64,000 nt of DNA from a virus. Taxonomy: Duplodnaviria > Caudoviricetes. The notes beneath the pieces are model-generated. The model made no database searches and had not been told where the DNA came from. It worked only from the letters and a program-made list of their open reading frames with translations. This document shows positions 46,005 to 55,163 of the stretch, in pieces. Position 1 is the first letter of the stretch; each line of letters begins with the position of its first letter. The position numbers were made by a program, and so were the translations under genes. The DNA lies in IMG/VR virus record IMGVR_UViG_3300037478_000510, positions 4,092 through 68,091 of that record. The stretch is one strand, 5' to 3'.

Positions 46005-48666
46005 CGACCTGGCGCGGCTGCCGATCGAGGAGCAGCGCCGCTTCCTGACGCTGGCCAAGCAACTGGCCGAGCACGAAGCCGCCGCCAAGGCGCGTGGCAA
46101 GTTCATCGACTATGTCGAGTACATGTGGCCGCCCTTCATCTCCGGGCGCCACCACAAGGTCATCGCAGACGCTTTCGATCGGGTCATTGATGGTAGTCTG
46201 AAGCGTCTGATCATCGCGCTTCCACCGAGACATTCCAAGTCGGAATTTGGTAGCTGGCTGCTGCCGTCGAAGTTCCTTGGGCACTACCCGGACCGCAAGA
46301 TCATTATGGCCTCGCACAGCGCCGACCTGGCGCAAAGCTTTGGTCGTCGGGTGCGCAATCTGGTCGATTCAGCCCCTTATCAGCGCGTCTTTCCGGGCAC
46401 TCAGTTGATGGCCGACTCCAAGGCGGCTGGGCGCTGGAGCACCTCCAAAGGCGGCGAGTACTTCGCCATCGGTGTGGGTGGTAATGTGGCGGGTCGTGGC
46501 GCGGACTTGTTTATGATGGATGATTTGCATTCTGAGCAAGACTATATCTCCGCTTTAGGTGGTGACCTAAGCACCTTCGACAAGACTTATGAATGGTATA
46601 CCTCCGGCCCGCGCCAGCGCCTTCAACCCAAGGCGGCGATGGTACTGATTGGAACAAGGTGGTCCACGCGGGATGTGCAAGGCCGTTTGATCCGCGCCAT
46701 GACCGAGCCGGGCGGTAAGCGTGAGCAGTGGGAGATTATCGAGTTCCCGGCCATCCTCAACGAAAAACCGTTGTGGCCGGAATTCTGGCCGCTGGAAGAG
46801 TTGCTGGCGATCAAGGAAACCCTTCCGGCTGCGCAGTGGAACGCCCAGTACCTCCAAAATCCGGTGATGGAAGAAGGCGCCCTGATCAAGCGCGAGTGGT
46901 GGAAAATCTGGACTGACGACAAGCCGCCGAAATTCGACTACGTCATCGACTGCTGGGACACCGCCTTTCGCAAGACGCAGATTTCCGACTACTCGGCGCG
47001 TACCTCGTGGGGAGTGTTCTACCGGCCCAACGAGAAGGGTGAGCAACGTGCCAACATCATGCTGCGGGATGCTGAGCGCGGCCGCTGGGAATTCCCCGAA
47101 CTAAAGCGGAAAGCCGCTCAGCGCTGGAAAGAGGTGCAGCCGGATTCATTGATTATCGAGGGCAAGGCGTCGGGCGACCCGTTGGCGCAGGAGTTGCGTG
47201 CGATGGGCGTGCCGGTGACGGTGGTCACGCCGACCCGTGGCAGCCGGGCCGATCCCAATGATAAGATTCACCGGGTCAACGCTATTACTGACATGTTCGC
47301 ATCAGGCATGGTATGGTGCCCAGAGACCCGCTGGGCGGACGAGGTGAAAGAGGAGTGTGCGGCGTTCCCGCGCGGTGATCACGACGACTACGTGGACACA
47401 TGTCTCGCCCCGGAAACAGGAATTATAACTGAGCGTGGTGTGGTGCCGATTAGTGAAATACAAGAAGGCGATCGGGTTATGACGCACAAGGGGCGTTTTC
47501 GTCCCGTCTTGGGTGTTGGTTCGCGGCGCTCCGATCATTGTTATCGGCTGAAAGCAAAAGGCTTGGAAGAGATCAGGATTACCGGCGAACATCCGGTGCG
47601 GGTGATGCAGGTGGCGGCGCCACAAGTTTCGGCGAAAGAATGTCGTGGTGTGCGCTGGGAGTCTGTTGCGAACCTGCGGCCGCGCCCGACGTATACGTAC
47701 CAGAGGGACGGAAAAACGGTCACTTCGCAGCGGCGGGTGAAACATGATGCTTTGGTGCTTCCGCGCCAACAAGCTGAGACGGTGAGCACACGAATCGACT
47801 TACTGGATTATGCCCCAGAAGCGGAAATTCGTGACGATGTGTTGGTTTTGCAGTGGCGGCAGCCGAGCCATTGCACATGGAAAAATCCGCGCGAAATAGT
47901 GGTAGGTCGTTTTATTGATTTGGATTATGAGGCCGGTTGGTGTTTTGGCCTGTTTGCTGCTGAGGGCTGTGTATCCAGAGGTTATGTTCATTGGTCGTGT
48001 GATCGTCTTGCTATTGAACGTGTGCAGCGGTGGGTTGCGCGTGATCTTGGGCGGGATTTAACGGTCACTGAGAATGGCAGTGTTCATTGTATTACAGTTC
48101 GTAGTGCACCAGTTGCTGGGCTGTTTAAAACATTCGGGTATTTGGCAGAAAACAAAAAGGTGCCTGGATGGGTGTTCTCATCCGGGGATGCTTGTGTTGC
48201 CGGGTTTGTGGCTGGGTTTGCGCATGGCGATGGTTATCGGCGAGGGCATAAGGTAACAGCCACGTTTACGTCTACATCTTTGTTGTGGGGAATCCGCCTT
48301 TTATTGGCTCGCTTGGGTATTCCGGCGTGGATTGGTACCACGAAGCCCGGCGGTAGACGTGAAGTGTTTGGACGGATTTGCGAATGCCTGCCGGCGTATC
48401 GCTTGGACTGGAGCGATAGAGACAGCGGCCACGCGGTAGTGACGGGTGAATACATCGGCACGCACATAGAGCGTGTTGATCGGGAGGAAGGTGATTTTGA
48501 GGTATGGAATTTGCGGGTCGAGGAAGATGAAAGTTATGTTACCGTTGGCGGCACGGTGCATAATTGTGTCATGGCAATGAGCCGGTTTCGTAATGGCGGC
48601 TTCATCCGGCTCGACACCGATCTGGAAGATCAGCCGCGTCGCAAGCGCAGCGCGAACTATTATTGA
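45985..48666 (+). CDS. terL: terminase large subunit (intein-containing)
   Basis: Walker A PPRHSKS, Walker B FMMDD, IGTRW, RNase H-like CWDTA...DYSA, IIEGKASG, FP.G.HDDYVD. Confidence 0.95.
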   Translation: MRLPSVDDLARLPIEEQRRFLTLAKQLAEHEAAAKARGKFIDYVEYMWPPFISGRHHKVIADAFDRVIDGSLKRLIIALPPRHSKSEFGSWLLPSKFLGHYPDRKIIMASHSADLAQSFGRRVRNLVDSAPYQRVFPGTQLMADSKAAGRWSTSKGGEYFAIGVGGNVAGRGADLFMMDDLHSEQDYISALGGDLSTFDKTYEWYTSGPRQRLQPKAAMVLIGTRWSTRDVQGRLIRAMTEPGGKREQWEIIEFPAILNEKPLWPEFWPLEELLAIKETLPAAQWNAQYLQNPVMEEGALIKREWWKIWTDDKPPKFDYVIDCWDTAFRKTQISDYSARTSWGVFYRPNEKGEQRANIMLRDAERGRWEFPELKRKAAQRWKEVQPDSLIIEGKASGDPLAQELRAMGVPVTVVTPTRGSRADPNDKIHRVNAITDMFASGMVWCPETRWADEVKEECAAFPRGDHDDYVDTCLAPETGIITERGVVPISEIQEGDRVMTHKGRFRPVLGVGSRRSDHCYRLKAKGLEEIRITGEHPVRVMQVAAPQVSAKECRGVRWESVANLRPRPTYTYQRDGKTVTSQRRVKHDALVLPRQQAETVSTRIDLLDYAPEAEIRDDVLVLQWRQPSHCTWKNPREIVVGRFIDLDYEAGWCFGLFAAEGCVSRGYVHWSCDRLAIERVQRWVARDLGRDLTVTENGSVHCITVRSAPVAGLFKTFGYLAENKKVPGWVFSSGDACVAGFVAGFAHGDGYRRGHKVTATFTSTSLLWGIRLLLARLGIPAWIGTTKPGGRREVFGRICECLPAYRLDWSDRDSGHAVVTGEYIGTHIERVDREEGDFEVWNLRVEEDESYVTVGGTVHNCVMAMSRFRNGGFIRLDTDLEDQPRRKRSANYY
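47401..48564 (+). mobile_element. intein with LAGLIDADG endonuclease (388 aa) in TerL
   Basis: Begins CLAPET, ends TVHN, +1 Cys; GLFAAEG and GFAHGDG dodecapeptides; VWNLRVEEDESY block F; AT-richer than the exteins. Confidence 0.9.
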
Positions 48667-48673
48667 GGTCGAG

Positions 48674-48817
48674 ATGAATCGGTCACAGCAAAGCAAGCAG
48701 ATGTTGAAGTGCGGCGGCAAGGCCAAGCCGAAGAAAATGGCGTCCGGTGGCCAAACCGGCAAATGCCGGGGTGGCGGCGCCGCTACACGCGGCCTGAAGT
48801 TCGGCAAGAACGGTTAA
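48674..48817 (+). CDS. small basic Gly-rich protein (47 aa)
   Basis: GAGG RBS; KKMASGG...RGGGAATRG motif; TAATG coupling to the portal. Confidence 0.65.
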   Translation: MNRSQQSKQMLKCGGKAKPKKMASGGQTGKCRGGGAATRGLKFGKNG

Positions 48818-51306
48818 TGGCCATCGAGCGTGCGATGGAGCCGGGCGGCCCCGCCCTGCAGCCGTTCGGCATGCCGGTTGGATTGCCGGTCAGCAGTCCC
48901 GACACCCGCGTCACCCCGACTGAAGACGGCGGTGTCGAGGTCGATTTTGACCCCGAGCGACTGAAAGAACAGGAGCGTCTGGAGGCACCCTTTGGCGCCA
49001 ACCTGGCCGAGTACATGGAAGACAGCGATCTGCAGAAGATCGCCATCGAACTGGTCGATGCCTACCTGAATGACCGCGAAAGCCGGTCGGACTGGGAGAA
49101 AACCTACCGCGACGGCCTCGAACTGCTGGGCCTGAAGTACGAGGAGCGCACCGAACCGTGGGACGGCGCCTGTGGTGTGTTCCACCCCCTCCTGACCGAA
49201 TCCATTGTCGATTTCCAGTCGCAGACCATCATGGAGGTGTTCCCGGTCAGCGGCCCGGCCAAGGCCAAGATCGAGGGTGCCAAAACCGAAGACAAGATCA
49301 AGCAGGGACACCGGGTTCAGGACTACATGAACTATGTAGCCACCGAGGAGATGGTGGAGTACCGCACCGAGACCGAGCGGCTGTTGTTCGCGCTGCCGAT
49401 CGCCGGCTCCGCCTTCCGCAAGGTCTACCACGACCCGGCCCTGCAGCGCCAGCGCTGCCTGTATGTGCCGCCCGAGGACTTGGTGGTCAATTACGGCGCT
49501 GACGACCTGACCACCGCCGAGCGTATCACCCATGTCATGCGCCGCACCAAGAACTGGCTGGATCGTCAGCAGGCGGCTGGGTTCTACCTGGATATCGAAC
49601 TGCAGGCGGCGCCCAGTTACAACGTCGACGAGGTCAAGCAGAAGCTGGAGGAACTCAGCGGACAGAAGGAGGTGCGCCCGGCGGACGATGTGTACAACCT
49701 GCTGGAGATGCACGTCAACTATGACCTGCCTGGCTTCGAGGATAAGTTCGCCCTGCCTTATGTCATCACGCTGGATTTAGACTCCGGCCAGATTCTGGGC
49801 ATCCGCCGCAACTGGCGCGAAAACGACGCGGCCTTCCGCAAGCGCGAGCACTTCGTCCACTACCAGTACATCCCCGGCCTGAGCTTCTACGCCTACGGAC
49901 TGGCCCACCTGATCGGCGGTCTGGTGCGCTCCTCCACCTCGTTGCTGCGGCAACTGGTGGATGCGGGCACGCTGGCCAACATCCCGGCCGGGTTCAAGAC
50001 GCGCGGTTTGAATATCGCGGATGACAACAAGCCGATCATGCCGGGCGAGTGGCGCGATGCGGACGTACCGGCGGGCACCCTGAAGGAAAACCTGCTGCCG
50101 CTGCCGTATAAGGAACCCTCGGCGGTGCTGTACCAGTTGCTGGGCGATCTGGTCGAGACGGGCCGTCGCTTCGCCTCGGCCGCTGACCTGAAAGCCTCCG
50201 ACATGAACAACGAGGCGCCGGTCGGCTCCACCCTGGCCATCCTGGAGCGCGCCCTGAAGACCATCAGCGCGGTGCAGACCCGCGTGCATACCGCGATCGG
50301 TCGCGAGTTGCGTATTCTGGCCGAATTGATCGGCGAATACGGTCCGGAGCAGTATCCCTACGCCAGCAACGACGAGCAATTTTCGCCGCGTCAGGACTTC
50401 GACGGCCGGGTGGACATCATCCCGGTCAGCGATCCCAACGCGGGCACCATGGCGCAGCGCATCCTGACCGCGCAGGCGGCCTTGCAGTTGGCACAGACCG
50501 CTCCACATCTCTACGACATGCGCAAGCTGCACCGGCAGATGCTGACGGCGCTGGGCCTGCAGGATGTCGAGGATATCCTGCCCTCGGAGGATGACATGGG
50601 ACCGATGGAGCCGGTGGCCGAGGACATGTCGATCATCACCGGCAAGCCGGTGCGGGCGTTCCAGTATCAGGATCACGAGGCGCACATCCAGGTGCATATG
50701 GCGACGCTGCAGAATCCCGAGATCGTCAGCCTGCTGGAGCAGAGTCCGCAGGCGCCGGCGATCATGGCGGCGATGGCGGCGCACATTCAGGAACATGTGG
50801 CAATGGGTTACCGGCAGAAGATCGAGGAGGAACTCGGTGTTCACCTGCCGCCGCCGGATCAGCCGTTGCCTGAGGACATCGAACTGCGGTTGAGCCGTCT
50901 GGTGGCGCCGGCCGCTGCACAACTGACCGGCAAGGCGCAACAGAAGGCGCAGGCCGAAGAGAACGCGCGCCAGCAGGAAGACCCGGTGATCCAGGCGCAG
51001 CAGCAGAAACTGGAGAACGAAAAAGCCGAGATCGAGCGCAAGACCCGTGCCGATCAGGCCCGAATGATGGGCGACATGCTGAAGGCGGCGCAGAAGGCCG
51101 AACTCGATTGGGCGCGGCTGGGCCTGCAGGGCAAGACCCAGATCGGCCAGTTGATGGCCAAGTTCGTCGAGATGGGCCTGAGCGCCGAAATGGGCGAGCG
51201 GGAAATCTCTTCAAAGGAGCAGATGGAAGGCATCCGCATCGGTCTGGAGATGGCGCAAAAGGTCATGGACCAGGCGGACCAGGAGCGGCAGGATGTCGCG
51301 GCCTGA
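48817..51306 (+). CDS. portal protein (P22-like)
   Basis: 829 aa from ATG 48817; F.ANLAE.M, SR.DWE..Y..GL.LLG.K.EERTEPW.GACGV.HP.L.E, GSAFRKVY.D. Confidence 0.9.
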   Translation: MAIERAMEPGGPALQPFGMPVGLPVSSPDTRVTPTEDGGVEVDFDPERLKEQERLEAPFGANLAEYMEDSDLQKIAIELVDAYLNDRESRSDWEKTYRDGLELLGLKYEERTEPWDGACGVFHPLLTESIVDFQSQTIMEVFPVSGPAKAKIEGAKTEDKIKQGHRVQDYMNYVATEEMVEYRTETERLLFALPIAGSAFRKVYHDPALQRQRCLYVPPEDLVVNYGADDLTTAERITHVMRRTKNWLDRQQAAGFYLDIELQAAPSYNVDEVKQKLEELSGQKEVRPADDVYNLLEMHVNYDLPGFEDKFALPYVITLDLDSGQILGIRRNWRENDAAFRKREHFVHYQYIPGLSFYAYGLAHLIGGLVRSSTSLLRQLVDAGTLANIPAGFKTRGLNIADDNKPIMPGEWRDADVPAGTLKENLLPLPYKEPSAVLYQLLGDLVETGRRFASAADLKASDMNNEAPVGSTLAILERALKTISAVQTRVHTAIGRELRILAELIGEYGPEQYPYASNDEQFSPRQDFDGRVDIIPVSDPNAGTMAQRILTAQAALQLAQTAPHLYDMRKLHRQMLTALGLQDVEDILPSEDDMGPMEPVAEDMSIITGKPVRAFQYQDHEAHIQVHMATLQNPEIVSLLEQSPQAPAIMAAMAAHIQEHVAMGYRQKIEEELGVHLPPPDQPLPEDIELRLSRLVAPAAAQLTGKAQQKAQAEENARQQEDPVIQAQQQKLENEKAEIERKTRADQARMMGDMLKAAQKAELDWARLGLQGKTQIGQLMAKFVEMGLSAEMGEREISSKEQMEGIRIGLEMAQKVMDQADQERQDVAA

Positions 51307-51490
51307 TACCGTTCTCGATGTGCTGCAGCGCTACGCGACCGAACGGCGCGAAGCCTCACTGGTGGCCAGCGGTGATGGCGGCGCCAAGGATTATGCTCAG
51401 TACCGCGAGTCGGTCGGCTACATCCGGGCGCTGGGTGAGGTGATCCGCGAGATCAAGGAATTGCGGCGCAAGGTCGAAGAATACGAATAG
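51293..51490 (+). CDS. small conserved head-module protein
   Basis: G.AKDYAQYRE.VG.IR.L pattern. Confidence 0.7.
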   Translation: MSRPDTVLDVLQRYATERREASLVASGDGGAKDYAQYRESVGYIRALGEVIREIKELRRKVEEYE

Positions 51491-51550
51491 TTTCGTCACA
51501 TCGGGTGACGCCAGCGACACCGGGCGCTTACCCGGCGCAATGAGGTCATT

Positions 51551-51931
51551 ATGAACGCGGAAGTGCAAGACTTGCATGAGCGGCTGGCGCAAAGCTGGCC
51601 CACCAACCTACCCCGTCCCACTGGTTATTTCCTCTTGATTGCCCTGCCCGAGGTGGAGACCAAAACCAAGGGCGGGATTGTATTGGCTGAGCAGACTGTG
51701 GATAATCAGCGCATGGCGTCTATTTGTGGACATGTCATGGACATGGGTCCGGACGCCTACAAAGACCCGCAGCGCTTTCCGTCGGGTCCGTGGTGCAAGG
51801 TGGGCGACTGGGTGCTGATGCGGGCGTATTCCGGCACCCGCTTCAAGGTGGATGGTGTCGAATACCGTATGAAACCTGACGATTCAATTGAGGGCGTAGT
51901 GGAAGACCCGCGCGGCGTGGTGATCGTATGA
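51551..51931 (+). CDS. groES: GroES-like co-chaperonin
   Basis: PRPTGYFLLI...E.KTKGGIVL...G.V...GPDAY....W.KVGD.V....YSGT.F...G.EY....DD.I.GVV. Confidence 0.85.
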   Translation: MNAEVQDLHERLAQSWPTNLPRPTGYFLLIALPEVETKTKGGIVLAEQTVDNQRMASICGHVMDMGPDAYKDPQRFPSGPWCKVGDWVLMRAYSGTRFKVDGVEYRMKPDDSIEGVVEDPRGVVIV

Positions 51932-52974
51932 ACGAGGCAGCCACCAGTCGGGAGGAGCGGTTTTTCGGCGTCCGCAACGAAATCGACCTGACCGAACCAC
52001 CGGCCAAAACAAAGGCCGAGGAGGCCGTGCCGGAAATCGTCGTCGAAGACGAGCCGAAACCACAGGCCGAGCCTGCGAAAGACAAGCCCCCGGCCAAGGT
52101 CGAGGGTGAAGATTTCGAGCCGGATTTCGGCGATGACTTCGACCCGGAACTGAAGAAACACCTCAGCGAGAAGGTGCAGAAACGGATCAGCACCCTGACC
52201 TGGGAGCGCGAGCAAGCCAAGCGGGAACGCGAGGAGGCCCGGCGCATCCAGCAGGAGGTCGAGAACTTCGCCCGGCAGACCTGGCAGAGCAACCAGGGGC
52301 TGCAGCAGACCATCCGCCATGGCGAAGCCTATCTGGTGGAAAAAATGACGGCTGCTGCCGAAGCGTCCGCCAAAAATGCCGAGGCGCAGTATCGCAAAGC
52401 CTACGAGGAAGGTGATACCGACGCCATCATTGCGGCCCAGCGCGAGATCATCCGGGCGCAGGGCGAGCAGGAATACGCGGCGGCCTACAAGGCCGATTAC
52501 GAGGCCCGCAAGCAGCAGCAGGCGCATTCGTTCGCGCAGCAGCCGCCCCGGCAGGCCCCGCAGAATTTTACGCCGAACGTGCCCAAGCCGTCGGATAAGA
52601 CGTTGGCCTGGGTGAAACAGAACCCCTGGTTCGACGACCCGGCCCACCGGAAGATGACCCGCTACGCCTACCTCGTGCATGAGGAACTGGTGGCCGACGA
52701 GGGCTTGAACCCCGAATCGGACCGCTACTTCGAGCGGCTAAACGAGGAGGTGCAGCGGCGCTTCCCCAACTATTTCGATGCGGAGTCAGGCGATGGAACG
52801 CCAACCGTCAGTGCCCCGCAGCGCTCTCCAAACCCGGTGGTCGCACCGGCCGGACGCACCAACCCCGGCTCGCGCAAGACCATCAAACTGACGCAGCGCC
52901 AAGTTGATTTAGCCAAGCGACTTGGCTTAACCGCTGAACAGTACGCAGCAGAAGTTGCCAAAGGAGGTCAATGA
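51928..52974 (+). CDS. capsid scaffolding protein
   Basis: Acidic N-terminus, coiled coil, W...NPWF, C-terminal LT..Q..LAKRLGL..E.YA. Confidence 0.75.
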   Translation: MNEAATSREERFFGVRNEIDLTEPPAKTKAEEAVPEIVVEDEPKPQAEPAKDKPPAKVEGEDFEPDFGDDFDPELKKHLSEKVQKRISTLTWEREQAKREREEARRIQQEVENFARQTWQSNQGLQQTIRHGEAYLVEKMTAAAEASAKNAEAQYRKAYEEGDTDAIIAAQREIIRAQGEQEYAAAYKADYEARKQQQAHSFAQQPPRQAPQNFTPNVPKPSDKTLAWVKQNPWFDDPAHRKMTRYAYLVHEELVADEGLNPESDRYFERLNEEVQRRFPNYFDAESGDGTPTVSAPQRSPNPVVAPAGRTNPGSRKTIKLTQRQVDLAKRLGLTAEQYAAEVAKGGQ

Positions 52975-53432
52975 TGACCGATCAGCGCACACCCCGGTCG
53001 AGCGACGACCGCACCACTGCCCAGCGTCCCAGTGACGCATGGGTTCCGCCGAGCACCTTGCCGACCCCCCAGCCGAGAGATGGTTGGGTGCATCGCTGGG
53101 TCCGCACGGCGAACATCAACGCCATCGACAACGCCAATATCTCACGCCGGCTGCGCGAGGGGTGGGAGCCGGTAGCGGCATCGGAGTATCCTGAATGCCA
53201 GGTACTGACGGACCGCAACGCGCAGTTCAAGGGTTCCATCGAGATTGGCGGGCTGTTGCTGTGCCGCATGCCGGTTGAGAAATACAACCAGCGCAAGGCG
53301 TACTACGAGAAGATGGCGGCGAACCAGATGCGGGCAGTGGACAACGACCTGTTTCGTGAAGAAGATTCGCGGATGCCGATCCTGCAACCGGAGCGGAGCA
53401 CGCGCACCACTTTTGGCAGGGGCGGCAACTGA
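52971..53432 (+). CDS. conserved head-module protein
   Basis: W.PPS.LP.P....G...RWVR...LREGWEPV...IGGLLLC motif. Confidence 0.75.
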   Translation: MMTDQRTPRSSDDRTTAQRPSDAWVPPSTLPTPQPRDGWVHRWVRTANINAIDNANISRRLREGWEPVAASEYPECQVLTDRNAQFKGSIEIGGLLLCRMPVEKYNQRKAYYEKMAANQMRAVDNDLFREEDSRMPILQPERSTRTTFGRGGN

Positions 53433-53484
53433 GGAAAAGCCTCGGGAGCAGCCTCGTACTGACAACATGTTTGGAGATTAAATA

Positions 53485-54099
53485 ATGGCATCTTCTGCTG
53501 CTCCTTACGGGCTTCGTCCCGTCAAGCGGCTCGACGGAATGCCGTATGCTGGCGCTGTTTCCCAGTACCTGATTGACCCCGCAGGCGAGGCAACGAACCT
53601 GTTCACGGGTCAGGTGGTGATTCTGGGCGCAGACGGCTACGTCGCTCTGGCAACCGCAAGCGGCGCCGATCTGACCACCAACAACCTCGGTGGTTCCTCG
53701 ATCGGCGCTTTGGGTGTGTTCATGGGCTGTGAGTATGTGAATGCTCAGGGCCAACTGATCCACGCCCCCTACTACCCGACCGGCTATGCTGCGCCGACCG
53801 GCACCGCGATCAAGGCGTTTGTGATCGATGATCCGTTCGTGCTGTTCCAGGCCCAGCTTGACGGGACCGGTGCGCAGACCATCATCGGCACCAACACCAC
53901 GTTCGCAGCGGTGCAATCGACCAGCACCGGCTCGACGACCACGGGCAACTCCACCTCTGCACTCGATGCAACCGTCCAGACCTCGGCACGGGCTTTCCGC
54001 ATCGTGGCGCATGTGTCCGATCCAGCCGACGCCTTCCCGGACGTGCTGGTTGCATTTAACGCCACGGCGCATCGTTACACTGCGCCCGTCGGCCTGTAA
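53485..54099 (+). CDS. capsid decoration/cement protein (inferred)
   Basis: APYGLRPV...V.DDP..LF..Q motif; directly before the MCP. Confidence 0.65.
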   Translation: MASSAAPYGLRPVKRLDGMPYAGAVSQYLIDPAGEATNLFTGQVVILGADGYVALATASGADLTTNNLGGSSIGALGVFMGCEYVNAQGQLIHAPYYPTGYAAPTGTAIKAFVIDDPFVLFQAQLDGTGAQTIIGTNTTFAAVQSTSTGSTTTGNSTSALDATVQTSARAFRIVAHVSDPADAFPDVLVAFNATAHRYTAPVGL

Positions 54100-54111
54100 G
54101 GAGAACTGAGC

Positions 54112-55017
54112 ATGGCTATCTCAAGAGCACAGATGCTGAAAGAACTCCTGCCGGGCCTGAACGCCCTGTTTGGTCTGACCTACCGGACCTACCCGGAGGA
54201 GCACCTCGCCATTTACGACGTGGAGAACTCCGAGCGGTCGTTCGAGGAAGAGCAGGCCCTGTCGGGCTTCGAGGCGGCACCGGTCAAGCCGGAAGGTACG
54301 GCGATCGCGTATGACCAGGCGCAGGAAGCCTACACGGCGCGCTACAACCACGAGACCATCGCACTGGGCTTCTCCATCACCGAAGAGGCGATGGAAGACA
54401 ACCTGTACGAATCGGTGTCGAAGCGTTACACCAAGGCGCTGGCGCGCTCGATGGCGCACACCAAGCAGGTCAAGGCAGCCTACCCGCTGAACAACGGCTT
54501 CTCAGCCTTTGTCACGGGTGACGGCGTGGCGCTGTTTTCGGCCAGCCACACGCAGATCGGTGGCGGTACCGTGTCCAACACCCCGTCGGTAGCAGCCGAT
54601 CTCAACGAAACTTCGCTGGAGCAGGCGGTGATCGATATCGCGGCTTTCACTGACCAGCGCGGCCTGTTGATCGCGGCCCGGCCGATGAAGCTGATCATCC
54701 CCTCGGCGCTCCAGTTCACCGCCACGCGGCTGCTGGAAACCGAAGGCCGGGTCGGTACGTCGGACAACGACATCAACGCCCTGCGCAGCAACAACGCGAT
54801 TCCGGGCGGCTATACCATCAACCACTACCTGACGGACCCCGATGCGTGGTTCCTGAAGACGGATGTGCCCAACGGCGCGAAGCACTTTAAGCGGGTTGCG
54901 TTGAGTACGTCAATGGAAGGCGACTTCGATACCGGAAACGTCAAATATAAAGCGAGGGAGAGGTTCAGCTTCGGCGTGAGCGACCCTCTCGGAATGTACG
55001 GTTCAGCCGGCGCTTAG
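54112..55017 (+). CDS. major capsid protein (HK97 fold)
   Basis: MAISRAQMLKELLPGLNALFG...S.RSFEEE..LSGF..APVK.EG...DFDTGNVKYKARERFSFG.SDP. Confidence 0.9.
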   Translation: MAISRAQMLKELLPGLNALFGLTYRTYPEEHLAIYDVENSERSFEEEQALSGFEAAPVKPEGTAIAYDQAQEAYTARYNHETIALGFSITEEAMEDNLYESVSKRYTKALARSMAHTKQVKAAYPLNNGFSAFVTGDGVALFSASHTQIGGGTVSNTPSVAADLNETSLEQAVIDIAAFTDQRGLLIAARPMKLIIPSALQFTATRLLETEGRVGTSDNDINALRSNNAIPGGYTINHYLTDPDAWFLKTDVPNGAKHFKRVALSTSMEGDFDTGNVKYKARERFSFGVSDPLGMYGSAGA

Positions 55018-55048
55018 TAGCTGATTCGTAAGCATTTTTTTAGATCAT

Positions 55049-55072
55049 AGCCCCGCTTCGGCGGGGCTTTTT
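55049..55072 (+). terminator. intrinsic terminator after the MCP
   Basis: AGCCCCGC-TTCG-GCGGGGCT-TTTT. Confidence 0.85.
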
Positions 55073-55163
55073 GTTACCAAAGTGGTGCCACTTTAACGCC
55101 ATTCGATACCGGAAATCTCGTGTACAGCTTGACACTGGAAAGGCAATATGCAAATATTGCTTC

